Shown piece after piece: positions 49,860 through 58,449 of a DNA stretch of 64,000 nucleotides. The notes under the pieces are model-generated. The model ran no database searches. It was not told where the DNA came from and saw only the letters and a program-made list of their open reading frames with translations. The position numbers and the translations under genes were made by a program. This stretch comes from Fimbriimonadales bacterium. Lineage in GTDB: Bacteria > Armatimonadota > Fimbriimonadia > Fimbriimonadales > ATM1. Position 1 is the stretch's first letter. Every line of letters starts with the position of its first letter. Where the stretch lies: the NCBI GenBank assembly GCA_041744215.1, contig JBGTLG010000016.1, positions 64,001-128,000 of the forward strand, written 5' to 3'.

Positions 49860-50389
49860 GTCGATTCCTTCTGAATGCGCGCGAGAATGCGCTCAAGATA
49901 CACGACCTGTTTGCTCAGCGGGACTTTCGAAAAGGGCGGTACGTGTACGAACCCTGACCGCACATCAGGCCATCTCGTCGCAACCCGAAAGTAAAGGTAG
50001 TTGCACAAGAAGCCGCCCGCGTTTCGAGAAGGTTTCCACGACTGTGTCGCATGGTTCCACCCTTCGAAGAGCAATCCAGCAACAGCGTCGGGCGCATCGG
50101 GGTCAATCATATCTGGGCCGTAAGCGACGCCCTCGACGTCGGGTTTGGAGCTGATAACGTTGCGCGCGATCCTTTCAACTCGAAGTTTGTTAGAACGCCC
50201 CGCGACGCCGAGCATCAGCACCCGATCAACGCCCGCGCGAGGCCGCGATGCGAACTTATCTGCTGCCGCGAACGATACTGGCAGGACGACCACGCCATTC
50301 CCGAGGACCTCGCGAGCAAGGACTTGGCTGGGGTTCTCTTTGAATCTGCCGAATGGCCCGAATGCCGTGACAAGCAGTCGGCCCATCAC
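49856..50389 (-). CDS. pyroglutamyl-peptidase I (C15) family protein
   Basis: LVTAFGPF...NPS, ERIARN, AGGFLCN and GFVHVP (E-C-H triad). Confidence 0.88.
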   Translation of the reverse strand: MMGRLLVTAFGPFGRFKENPSQVLAREVLGNGVVVLPVSFAAADKFASRPRAGVDRVLMLGVAGRSNKLRVERIARNVISSKPDVEGVAYGPDMIDPDAPDAVAGLLFEGWNHATQSWKPSRNAGGFLCNYLYFRVATRWPDVRSGFVHVPPFSKVPLSKQVVYLERILARIQKEST

Positions 50390-51942
50390 CCTACTTGATC
50401 GCCTCGCTCACCGGGCGCAACGCCGACCGGCTGTTTAACTTTGATCGTGACCTTTCCGGTTACGGGCCGGTTGTCATCATCGAAAACCGTCAGCGTGAAC
50501 GTGACTGTTTGTCGGGGGAAGATTGTTGCAGTTCCTTTCTGAATGTCGAAGTCGTTGACGGACGGCTCAATCTGAGCACGCGCGACGTTGGAGATAGACC
50601 ATTCGAGGGTAACTGGCGTGTCCGGTTCAATCTCACGATCGCCGAGTGGTTCGCCAAGGATCGTTGCCCGGAACATCGAAATCTGAGCTTTGCTGATTGC
50701 TTCTACGGTAAGTGGAGCAGATCTTTGCGCCGCTTGACCAGACTTGTTGAACACCATCAGGGTGACGTCGAACCTCCCCTCATTCGGCGCGGTGAACTTG
50801 AACGTGTCGATGTTCAGCGGAAGCGTAAAATTGAACGGCTGCAAAATGATGCGATCTGCGTGCTGCACTTTGTAAGTGACGGTGACGGTGGCCCCAGGGA
50901 CTACTTTGGCGGGCGATACGCTCAGCGCGTCGATGACTGGCAACGGCTCTTGTTCTGGAATGCGCGCAATCACTTCAAGCGGTTTGTATTGTGCGCTCCT
51001 CCGGTTGTCATCATTGTAAGCGGTGATGCTAAATGAAATTGTCGCATCTACAGGAACTTCGATTTCTCCAGTTGGCGGCGCAGAAAACGTTCTCCCATCG
51101 CTAGCTTCGATTTCGACCCGCGTCGCATGTTCCGTTTCCCACGCGAGTTTGACCGACTCTCCCGACAGGAGTTCGTATTTGTGCGCATGGAACGACTTGA
51201 TGTATGGATCTTGTGGGCGATTCAGATACCAGATTGTGCCGAGCATTATGAGAATAAGAAAGATCGCGAGAAAGCCTGGCGATACAGTTGCTTTTCTATC
51301 AATCTGGGCTTGCGCGTTGCTGGAGACATGTGGATTGTCGACTCCTCTCGCAGATACTGTGAAGCCGAACAGTCGAGGCGTTCCGATGAGAGGAAAGTGA
51401 GAAGGCTGTACCGCAAGGCGAACTTGCTTTTGTTGTCCTGGCGCGAGTGCTACGCGCTCTTGGGCGAACTGATACGTGCAGCCGTCTTCTGGATCGTCGG
51501 CGAAGAGCTGGAGATTAAGTTCTTCGTTGCCGAGATTGATTGCTGTTACGGTGTAAGGGGCTTGCTTTGAGAAAGCGCTTGCGCTCTCCCGACGCGGCTC
51601 GACTTCGATGCTTACCAAACTGAAAGGCTCAATCTCCAGGACGCCTTGCGCCTCTTCGGCTTGACCAGTTTCAAGAGAACGTACCTTGATTAGGAAAGGG
51701 TAACTCCCCGCCTTGCTTTCCGCAGACCTCGGGGGTTTGATCAGCGCCTTCTGCTGCTTTTCCTCCCCAGGCCCCAGCGTGAACGAAGCGACGGGTATAG
51801 CGACCCACTCCGCATCGAGACCTTCAATCTCGATCTCGTATCGATCGGCGGCCTCGCCGGTGTTAGTGATCGACACGACCAGCGTAGCGGCATTGCCGGG
51901 CTCAACGTGCAGGACATCCTTGGACAGGCTAACCTCGAACAT
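50386..51942 (-). CDS. bitopic membrane protein with Ig-like domains on both sides
   Basis: Two N-terminal beta-sandwich-like domains (TNTG..D.Y, NLGN), a central TM segment and three C-terminal Ig-like repeats. Confidence 0.75.
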   Translation of the reverse strand: MFEVSLSKDVLHVEPGNAATLVVSITNTGEAADRYEIEIEGLDAEWVAIPVASFTLGPGEEKQQKALIKPPRSAESKAGSYPFLIKVRSLETGQAEEAQGVLEIEPFSLVSIEVEPRRESASAFSKQAPYTVTAINLGNEELNLQLFADDPEDGCTYQFAQERVALAPGQQKQVRLAVQPSHFPLIGTPRLFGFTVSARGVDNPHVSSNAQAQIDRKATVSPGFLAIFLILIMLGTIWYLNRPQDPYIKSFHAHKYELLSGESVKLAWETEHATRVEIEASDGRTFSAPPTGEIEVPVDATISFSITAYNDDNRRSAQYKPLEVIARIPEQEPLPVIDALSVSPAKVVPGATVTVTYKVQHADRIILQPFNFTLPLNIDTFKFTAPNEGRFDVTLMVFNKSGQAAQRSAPLTVEAISKAQISMFRATILGEPLGDREIEPDTPVTLEWSISNVARAQIEPSVNDFDIQKGTATIFPRQTVTFTLTVFDDDNRPVTGKVTIKVKQPVGVAPGERGDQVG

Positions 51943-52037
51943 CTGACGAGATTATAACCGGGCGGCCGATAGCTCCCGCTTTCGAGACGGAGATCGAAGA
52001 TTTTCGCTCAAACTTCCCGCCTGTCAATCAGGGCAGT

Positions 52038-52613
52038 TCAGATGGCGCACCCAAGCTCAACAATTTTGGGCGCACCAGCGAAATCGACCTTTGGGGGATC
52101 GACCTTGAGGTAGGAGGAGATCACGCCTACTGATTCTCGCAGGAATCCCTCAGAGTAGCCCGTCCAGGCTTTCGACACTTTGCCATCTGGAGCGATCAGG
52201 ACGGCAGACGGCGAGTTGGTGATCTTGTAGGCATCAATGACTTCGTAATCTGGATCGCAAACTATAGGAAATGCCAGTTTGTGCGCCTTGTTCCACTCGA
52301 GGAACCCTCTTTTGTCGTCGCTAACGATTCCTACCACCGTCACAGCTCCCGGCTTGAAGGCCTTGCTGATCCGGTCGTAATACTTGGTTGCTTCGTTGGC
52401 GACAGGACAGGTGGTGCTAATGAAGTAGAGATACACAGGCCCCTTTTTGAGCGCTTCGTTGAGTTCAAATCGGGTTAGGTCAACTGCTGGCGCGTTAACA
52501 GCCGGAGCGGCTCTCCCAACAAGACTGTTCTGCCCGAGTGCGGCAAGCGCGGCGACGGTCATCGATGCACCAAGGAGAAGGAGCGCGGCGAGGGTAGCGA
52601 GTTTGGTTGGCAT
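52038..52613 (-). CDS. exported redoxin (AhpC/TSA-like thioredoxin fold)
   Basis: Signal peptide; VGRAAP, TTCPV, FPIVCDP and C-terminal GCAI. Confidence 0.82.
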   Translation of the reverse strand: MPTKLATLAALLLLGASMTVAALAALGQNSLVGRAAPAVNAPAVDLTRFELNEALKKGPVYLYFISTTCPVANEATKYYDRISKAFKPGAVTVVGIVSDDKRGFLEWNKAHKLAFPIVCDPDYEVIDAYKITNSPSAVLIAPDGKVSKAWTGYSEGFLRESVGVISSYLKVDPPKVDFAGAPKIVELGCAI

Positions 52614-52672
52614 TGCTAAGGTTGATTATACGGCTGAAGAGGGCGAATGGCTCCGAGGTAGATTGACGGCCC

Positions 52673-53662
52673 ATGCGAATCGGCATCATCGGCGCGGGCA
52701 TTTCTGGTTTGGCTGCGGCTCAGAGACTGAAGCCCGCAGGTCACGAGCCCGTCGTCTTCGAGGCTGCGGCCACAGTCGGTGGTCGCGCTGCAACAGAAGA
52801 AGTAGCTGGCTGCATCGTTGACACCGGACTCCAGGCATACACGCCCAGAGGGATGTCGATCGAGCAGGCGATTCTCCATGACTTCCCTTCGCCTGACCTG
52901 ACGCGGATTGAGAAGCCGATTTACATCTTATCGCACGGTAGGCCAGGACCGGGCGCGCCTGAGAAGGTCGCGGTCCCTCGGTTCACTTACCGGACAGGGG
53001 CGAGAACTTTCCCTGCGCTCCTATCGGACGGGGTAGAGGTTCGCCTCAACTCGCCTGTGGAGGGCCTCACAAAAGAAGGCGGACTGTACCAGGTGGATGG
53101 GGAGTCGTTTGACGGGCTTATTCTCACACCGCCGCTTGGAGAGGTAGGCAGACTCCTGGGAACCTTGGGGAAATCGCGAAACACGGGGAACGCCAGTTAC
53201 CGACCGTGCTTGTCAGTGGTGCTGGTTTACGAGGAGGAGCTTCCTCCCGTGCCTTACTCTGCATTGCTCTCTGACGATCGGATGTCTCCTGTGCTGTGGT
53301 TGGGTTTGGAAACGGAGAAAAGCACTGGTCGCGCCCCGGTTGGATGGACGGTGCTCGTAGCGCAGTTGGGGCCGTTGTATAGCAGACAGCATCTGGAGAG
53401 TAGCGAGCAGTCGATCGTTCCCGTCGCGACGAGCCTCGCCGCCCGACTCTTTGGGCCCAGGTTCGCGGCTCCTGCGGCTACTTACGTTCGCCGTTGGGTC
53501 GAATCACAGCCTGAGCGCGTTGCGCTATTCGGCAGCGTAAACCCAGGCAAAGAATTGGTAGTGGTTGCTGGGGATGGAACCCTGGCCGGCCGCGCTGAGA
53601 GCGCATACGAGTCTGGCATGATGGCTGCGGACAGGTTGATCGAAGCCGCAAACCCCGTGTGA
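52673..53662 (+). CDS. FAD-dependent oxidoreductase (renalase-like)
   Basis: IIGAGISGL, FE...GGRAAT, DTGLQ and AGD...GRAESAYESG. Confidence 0.87.
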   Translation: MRIGIIGAGISGLAAAQRLKPAGHEPVVFEAAATVGGRAATEEVAGCIVDTGLQAYTPRGMSIEQAILHDFPSPDLTRIEKPIYILSHGRPGPGAPEKVAVPRFTYRTGARTFPALLSDGVEVRLNSPVEGLTKEGGLYQVDGESFDGLILTPPLGEVGRLLGTLGKSRNTGNASYRPCLSVVLVYEEELPPVPYSALLSDDRMSPVLWLGLETEKSTGRAPVGWTVLVAQLGPLYSRQHLESSEQSIVPVATSLAARLFGPRFAAPAATYVRRWVESQPERVALFGSVNPGKELVVVAGDGTLAGRAESAYESGMMAADRLIEAANPV

Positions 53663-53692
53663 GAACGCCTCGGTGGGGTCCGCGCGTCTAAA

Positions 53693-55276
53693 ATGATTGA
53701 CGTGCTTCTCCTCACCCTAACACTTGCGGTCCAACAGGCCGTGGGCCCACATCTGCCTGCTCGAACTGAACCTCAGATTCACGCCCTCAACGCGGAGATT
53801 CAGAGCCAACTCGCCTCCGGACAGTTTACGGAGGCGCGAGAAGTAATGGCGCGATGGCCCGGAGCGACCTTCACGTATGAGGTTGCCTATGAGCGCGGAG
53901 GAGAGCTGCCACCTAGCGCCCAGGGCGCAGGGGAAGAAGCGGCATCCGTCTGGTCGGAGGCAACAAACGGTCGGGTAAAGATCACAGAAGGATCGAAGGC
54001 GGCAGTCCGCATCGAGTTCATTGACCGCGCTCTTCCGGGAGACCCGCCTCCTGGCTGGAACGAGTCTCAAGTTGTCGCGAGAGTGCCGCTCTCGTTCGGC
54101 GAGCCTCCGCGGCCGATGCCGAGACGCTCCGTCGTTGTGGCGGTCGCTAAAGCCTTTGGCGTCGCAATGGGCCACGCGCCCTTGTCGCGGCACGGCTGGC
54201 TGATGGGAATTGATGATCGTATAGACATGGTCGCGCCGATTGGGCCAACTCCCACTGAGTTGGCGACGATCGGGAGGCTGCTTGACGTGCGTGATGAACT
54301 TGAGAAGGCCGTTGACGGGCGAATTCGGCTCACGCCAGGCATGCCAAAGCTTGTGATTGAGCCGTCAGACGTCAATCTGGGAATCGTTGACGAGGGAGCG
54401 AAACCGCGGGCCACGATCGTTCTCCGGAACGACGGCAACGCACCGATTGAGTTTGCCGTTGACGCCTCATGCAGGTGCCTGTTCCTGCAGTCGATTGCAC
54501 CCTTAGGACCGGGAGAGGTCCGTGTGATTGAGCCCGGCGCGGACACGAGCGGCTTTATGGGGAAGCACGCAAAAGAATTCCTCATTCACTCGAGCGACCC
54601 GGCTAAGCCGACTCAGTCGATTGTTTTGCGTTTCGAATCGGTGCCTGAGTACCGGGTGGTTCCCGATGCGCTTCAGCGCATCCACCTGCCTGACGACGGA
54701 CCTGGCGCGTTCGAAATCATTGTCTACTCGTTCCCGGGCAAGCCACTCAATGTGATTTCGGCGACTGCTAACCTGCCAGCGGTCACGACGCAGGTCACTC
54801 CTTTCACTGGCGAGGTCGTTGACCCTGCATTCTCGAAGGAACCAGAGCGGCGTACTGGCTACAAGGTTCGCATTGCGTTCGATCCATCGTTCCCAAGCGG
54901 GACTGCGTTTGTGAACCTGACGATCACTACAGACAGCCATCGGCGTCCCAGTCACTCGATTGTCCTGCAAACTCACAAAGGAATCGCGGCGGCACCGTCG
55001 AGCGTGTACTTTGGCGGAATCGCAGGTGACGAGAAGACCCAACGATCCATACGGATCTCTCACCCTACAGCGCGATTCAAAATCCTGGAGGCGACAACTG
55101 AAGGCGGCCCGTTCTCCATTTCTACACAGGCTGACGACTCTGACGGATTCGGGTACCGAGTCACGGTCACCTACAATGGAGGCGCGAAGGGACCGCTAGT
55201 CGGGCGAGTCATTCTGCGCACCGACCATCCGAAGTATCCGGAGATTGCTGTGCCTATCGCGGGACACACGAGATGA
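53693..55276 (+). CDS. secreted DUF1573-domain protein with degenerate zincin-like domain
   Basis: Signal peptide; LRNDGNAP..DASCRC, SSDP and tandem Ig-like repeats. Confidence 0.72.
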   Translation: MIDVLLLTLTLAVQQAVGPHLPARTEPQIHALNAEIQSQLASGQFTEAREVMARWPGATFTYEVAYERGGELPPSAQGAGEEAASVWSEATNGRVKITEGSKAAVRIEFIDRALPGDPPPGWNESQVVARVPLSFGEPPRPMPRRSVVVAVAKAFGVAMGHAPLSRHGWLMGIDDRIDMVAPIGPTPTELATIGRLLDVRDELEKAVDGRIRLTPGMPKLVIEPSDVNLGIVDEGAKPRATIVLRNDGNAPIEFAVDASCRCLFLQSIAPLGPGEVRVIEPGADTSGFMGKHAKEFLIHSSDPAKPTQSIVLRFESVPEYRVVPDALQRIHLPDDGPGAFEIIVYSFPGKPLNVISATANLPAVTTQVTPFTGEVVDPAFSKEPERRTGYKVRIAFDPSFPSGTAFVNLTITTDSHRRPSHSIVLQTHKGIAAAPSSVYFGGIAGDEKTQRSIRISHPTARFKILEATTEGGPFSISTQADDSDGFGYRVTVTYNGGAKGPLVGRVILRTDHPKYPEIAVPIAGHTR

Positions 55277-56508
55277 GGTTTGTTTTCCCGGGTGCGTGTG
55301 CTTCGATCGCGCTCCTTGGGTTTGCAGCACAACCGCCAGAAGAACCTGAGCTTCGACTGATTTTCACTGGCGATATCCGTGGTTATCTCTCTCCTTGCGG
55401 CTGCGCCAAGCCACAGATCGGAGGAGTCCTCCGCTTGGCAGGTGTGGTTCGTGCGTTGCAAAAGCAGCCAAACGCTCACTACGTTGATTTAGGAAACTGG
55501 ACGGAGTCGCGCGGACGGCAGGACGAACTCAAAGCAGACTCGCTTGCTGAGGTGTTTGCTTCGTTACGACCTGCCGTCCTCAATGTAGGACCTCTGGATG
55601 TGATTCGAGGAAGAGACGCGTTGCGCGTGCACCGAGAAGCGACTGAGCATCGGCTGAGCTCTGCGAACTTCGTGTTTCTTGATGAGCCTAATGAGCAAGA
55701 TGCCTTTGGCCAGAGGGGGCTAACAACCCTGGGGCTGATGCCTGACGCAGACGCTCTGCGGATGGGTGGTCTGCGTGCACCCGCAAGGGAAGTACTCGAC
55801 CGACACCGATCGAACCGCTCGGCAGTCGCTCTGTTCGCAGGTCCGCTGGATGAGGCGCGTTCGCTCGTAGAGCAGACCGACTTCAGCGGGTTGGTTGTCT
55901 TTTCTCAGAAGGGCGACCCAATCCGGGAGCCTGTGGAAGCCGGAAGGGCGACGCTTGTCACGGTTGGGGACAAGGGGCGCTTCGTGGGCTATATCGAGTT
56001 CAAACGGGGCGAGTGGCACAACTTCCGGCTGATCTCGTTGGGCCCGGAACACTCTGACGATGCAGCAGCTCACCGTGCATACCATGCCTATCTCCAGCGT
56101 GTTACGGCAGAGCGGCTGATCGACACGCTACCCAGGTCTGAGGGTGGCGATTTTGTTGGGTCGGCGAGCTGCGCCCCATGCCATACGCGCGAGTATGAGC
56201 TTTGGCGAGAGACCACCCATGCCTCGGCACTCAAAACACTGGAGGACACCGGAAACGATCGAGACCCCGAATGCGTTGGGTGCCATGTCGTTGGCCTCGC
56301 CTTCACCAGCGGATTTCGGGATCGGTTTTCAACGCCGGGATTAGCCGATGTCGGCTGTGAGAGCTGCCATGGCGCAGGCGGAGACCACGTCACGCGACCC
56401 TACGAGCTTTACGGGAAAGCTGGGGAGGCGTCTTGTCTGCCCTGCCACAACTCGGATCATTCGCCCGAATTTGAGTTCAAGTCCTATTGGGAGCGGATCA
56501 AGCACTAA
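55273..56508 (+). CDS. UshA-like N-terminal domain + tetraheme cytochrome c (c554-like)
   Basis: FTGDIRGYLSPCGC...GG, VDLGN; CAPCH, CVGCH, CESCH and CLPCH. Confidence 0.87.
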   Translation: MRFVFPGACASIALLGFAAQPPEEPELRLIFTGDIRGYLSPCGCAKPQIGGVLRLAGVVRALQKQPNAHYVDLGNWTESRGRQDELKADSLAEVFASLRPAVLNVGPLDVIRGRDALRVHREATEHRLSSANFVFLDEPNEQDAFGQRGLTTLGLMPDADALRMGGLRAPAREVLDRHRSNRSAVALFAGPLDEARSLVEQTDFSGLVVFSQKGDPIREPVEAGRATLVTVGDKGRFVGYIEFKRGEWHNFRLISLGPEHSDDAAAHRAYHAYLQRVTAERLIDTLPRSEGGDFVGSASCAPCHTREYELWRETTHASALKTLEDTGNDRDPECVGCHVVGLAFTSGFRDRFSTPGLADVGCESCHGAGGDHVTRPYELYGKAGEASCLPCHNSDHSPEFEFKSYWERIKH

Positions 56509-56512
56509 GGGC

Positions 56513-57256
56513 TTATCTGCGGGCGCCGACGAGGTTGGTCACCCACGATCCTTGAAGCTTGGATGTGTTGACGCCGCCGCCGCTGCGGCTCGCGTGGATA
56601 AAGATTCCGTCCCCGACGTACAGCCCTGTGTGCGTGATTCTTTGCCGCGCGCGGTCGGTGAAGTACAACCGATCGCCAGGCCGCAGATCAGCAAGGTTCG
56701 AGACCACCTGGCCGACGTGGTACTGCTCGGCAGCGGTCCTCGGCATCGAGACCCCCACCATCTTGTAAAGCTGCTGGACTAATCCGCTGCAGTCAATTCC
56801 TCGGCTAAGGTTGTTTCCGCCAAACACATAGGGAGTCCCCACGTAGTTGAATGCTTCGCGAACGCACCAGACACGCCAGTCACCACCAGGAAGCACCCGC
56901 GAGTTGGCTCCCCGACTTTGAAGGTTCGAGGTATCAACCCGAGGGGCTGCCTGCTCCGGCTGTTTGAGGCTGACTTCGTACGGCAGCCGGGTGACGGCGG
57001 CGGACTGAACGTAGCCATTCGAGCCATCGGCCATGACGATGCAAATCCACTTTTCGTCCATGCTGCGCATTGCGACATACGTGTCCTTTTGCGCGCGGTA
57101 TAGGACTCTGGAGTTGGTGGCCGGTTTCTGGTAAATCGGCGCTTCTTGGTTCAATTGACCAAGCTTGCCGATGGCGGCTCGCTCGCCCTCCTGGGCGAAG
57201 GCCCCTATGGAGGCGAGAAGAAGACTCGCGGCGATCAGTGTTCGAACCAGTTTCAT
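56513..57256 (-). CDS. NlpC/P60 peptidoglycan endopeptidase with SH3-like domain
   Basis: Signal peptide; GTPYVFGG, GIDCSG, PRTA..Q, HTGLY and FIHAS. Confidence 0.93.
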   Translation of the reverse strand: MKLVRTLIAASLLLASIGAFAQEGERAAIGKLGQLNQEAPIYQKPATNSRVLYRAQKDTYVAMRSMDEKWICIVMADGSNGYVQSAAVTRLPYEVSLKQPEQAAPRVDTSNLQSRGANSRVLPGGDWRVWCVREAFNYVGTPYVFGGNNLSRGIDCSGLVQQLYKMVGVSMPRTAAEQYHVGQVVSNLADLRPGDRLYFTDRARQRITHTGLYVGDGIFIHASRSGGGVNTSKLQGSWVTNLVGARR

Positions 57257-57382
57257 AGGCGGGTTCGGGCGAATTATGCCACAGCTTGGCTTGTTGGACG
57301 CCCAAGAGTAATGTCGGCTTTTGGGAGTAGAACGTTCAGGGCGACCGGGGCCCAGATATCAAAAACCGCCCAAAAGCAGCGC

Positions 57383-57403
57383 GTTGGCAGAAGAATTGCC
57401 AAC
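57383..57403. promoter_or_regulatory. palindromic site / sigma54-like -24/-12 element upstream of PEP-CTERM gene 3
   Basis: GTTGGCA-GAAGAAT-TGCCAAC; TGGCA-N6-TTGC with GG-N10-GC spacing. Confidence 0.5.
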
Positions 57404-57473
57404 TAAACCCGTCGACATGGCCACGATAGCGACAACCTCGCTCCGATTCGAAAAGCAACAGGAAACCTCAACA

Positions 57474-58145
57474 ATGAACCTCTGGAAACCCTCAGCCGCA
57501 GCCCTCATCGGGGCAGTCTTCGTTTCGGGCGCGCCGGCGGCCGTACTCATCGACCAGTCCCCATTTGACAACTTCGGGTTCTACTCGGACGGCGTCGCTG
57601 GACAGTTTTACGACCAACGCATGGCGGACGACTTCACGCTCGGAATAGGGGCAGAGGTCACGAAGATCGTTTGGTGGGGCAGCTCCGAGAACTTCTTTGG
57701 CCCCGCGGGGCTCGACAACTTCAGCGACTGGGTCATCCGGATCTACGAGGACAGCGCAGGCGCAGTGGGCAGCGAAGTGTTCGGAGCGACATACAGCAAG
57801 GCGAGCACGAACCCAGTTTTCACCGGATCGCTCTCCGAATCCGACGGCGAAATCTATCGCCAGGAGGCGAGCCTCTCGCTCAACCTGGACGCAGGGACGT
57901 ATTGGGTGTCGATCGGCACGATCAACGTCGTTGCAGATGACGACGCCTGGGCATGGCACGCCGCGACGGGCGTATACAACGATCGGATCGCTGGAGAGCT
58001 TGAGTTCGGAGCCGGCTACGCGACGTTTGAGGGCCTCGGCGACCTTGCGTTCCAGATCGAGGGGAACCCGGTGCCGGAGCCCGCAACCCTGCTCGCTCTC
58101 GGAGTCAGCCTCGCCGCCCTGGCGGCCCGCCGCCGGCGGAAGTAG
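57474..58145 (+). CDS. PEP-CTERM sorting domain protein 3
   Basis: Signal peptide from MNLWKPS; ADDF and LDAGTYWVSI; C-terminus VPEPATLLALGVSLAALAARRRRK. Confidence 0.92.
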   Translation: MNLWKPSAAALIGAVFVSGAPAAVLIDQSPFDNFGFYSDGVAGQFYDQRMADDFTLGIGAEVTKIVWWGSSENFFGPAGLDNFSDWVIRIYEDSAGAVGSEVFGATYSKASTNPVFTGSLSESDGEIYRQEASLSLNLDAGTYWVSIGTINVVADDDAWAWHAATGVYNDRIAGELEFGAGYATFEGLGDLAFQIEGNPVPEPATLLALGVSLAALAARRRRK

Positions 58146-58247
58146 GCCGTTCCGAAGATAGCCGCAGGCGAATCAGCCCCGAACTGTGCTCGGTTTCCTC
58201 TCCGCGCCAGGAGCGGATTCGACTGTAAAGCGAGGCTCTACGACCGA

Positions 58248-58373
58248 CCAGGAGAGTTCTACCGCTGATCCGGAAAGTTCTCCAGCTCACCTGTAGAAGT
58301 ATCCCGATGACCTGGAGAGTTCTCCAGCTCACCCGTAGAAGTATCCCGATGACCTGTAGAACTCTGCCGCCGA
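58248..58373. repeat. 21-bp degenerate tandem repeat (6 units, 42-bp higher-order unit)
   Basis: ccaggagagttctaccgctga / tccggaaagttctccagctca / cctgtagaagtatcccgatga / cctggagagttctccagctca / cccgtagaagtatcccgatga / cctgtagaactctgccgccga. Confidence 0.85.
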
Positions 58374-58449
58374 GCCGGAGGGGTTGCCCCGGCGGCAGCG
58401 TGCCCGGGTCGAGGCAGGAATCGCCAGCCCGGGCGGCGAACAGCGCTCC

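Noticed and set aside
58248-58373. Possible CRISPR array
   Set aside because: Contiguous degenerate tandem units with no unique spacers and no cas genes.
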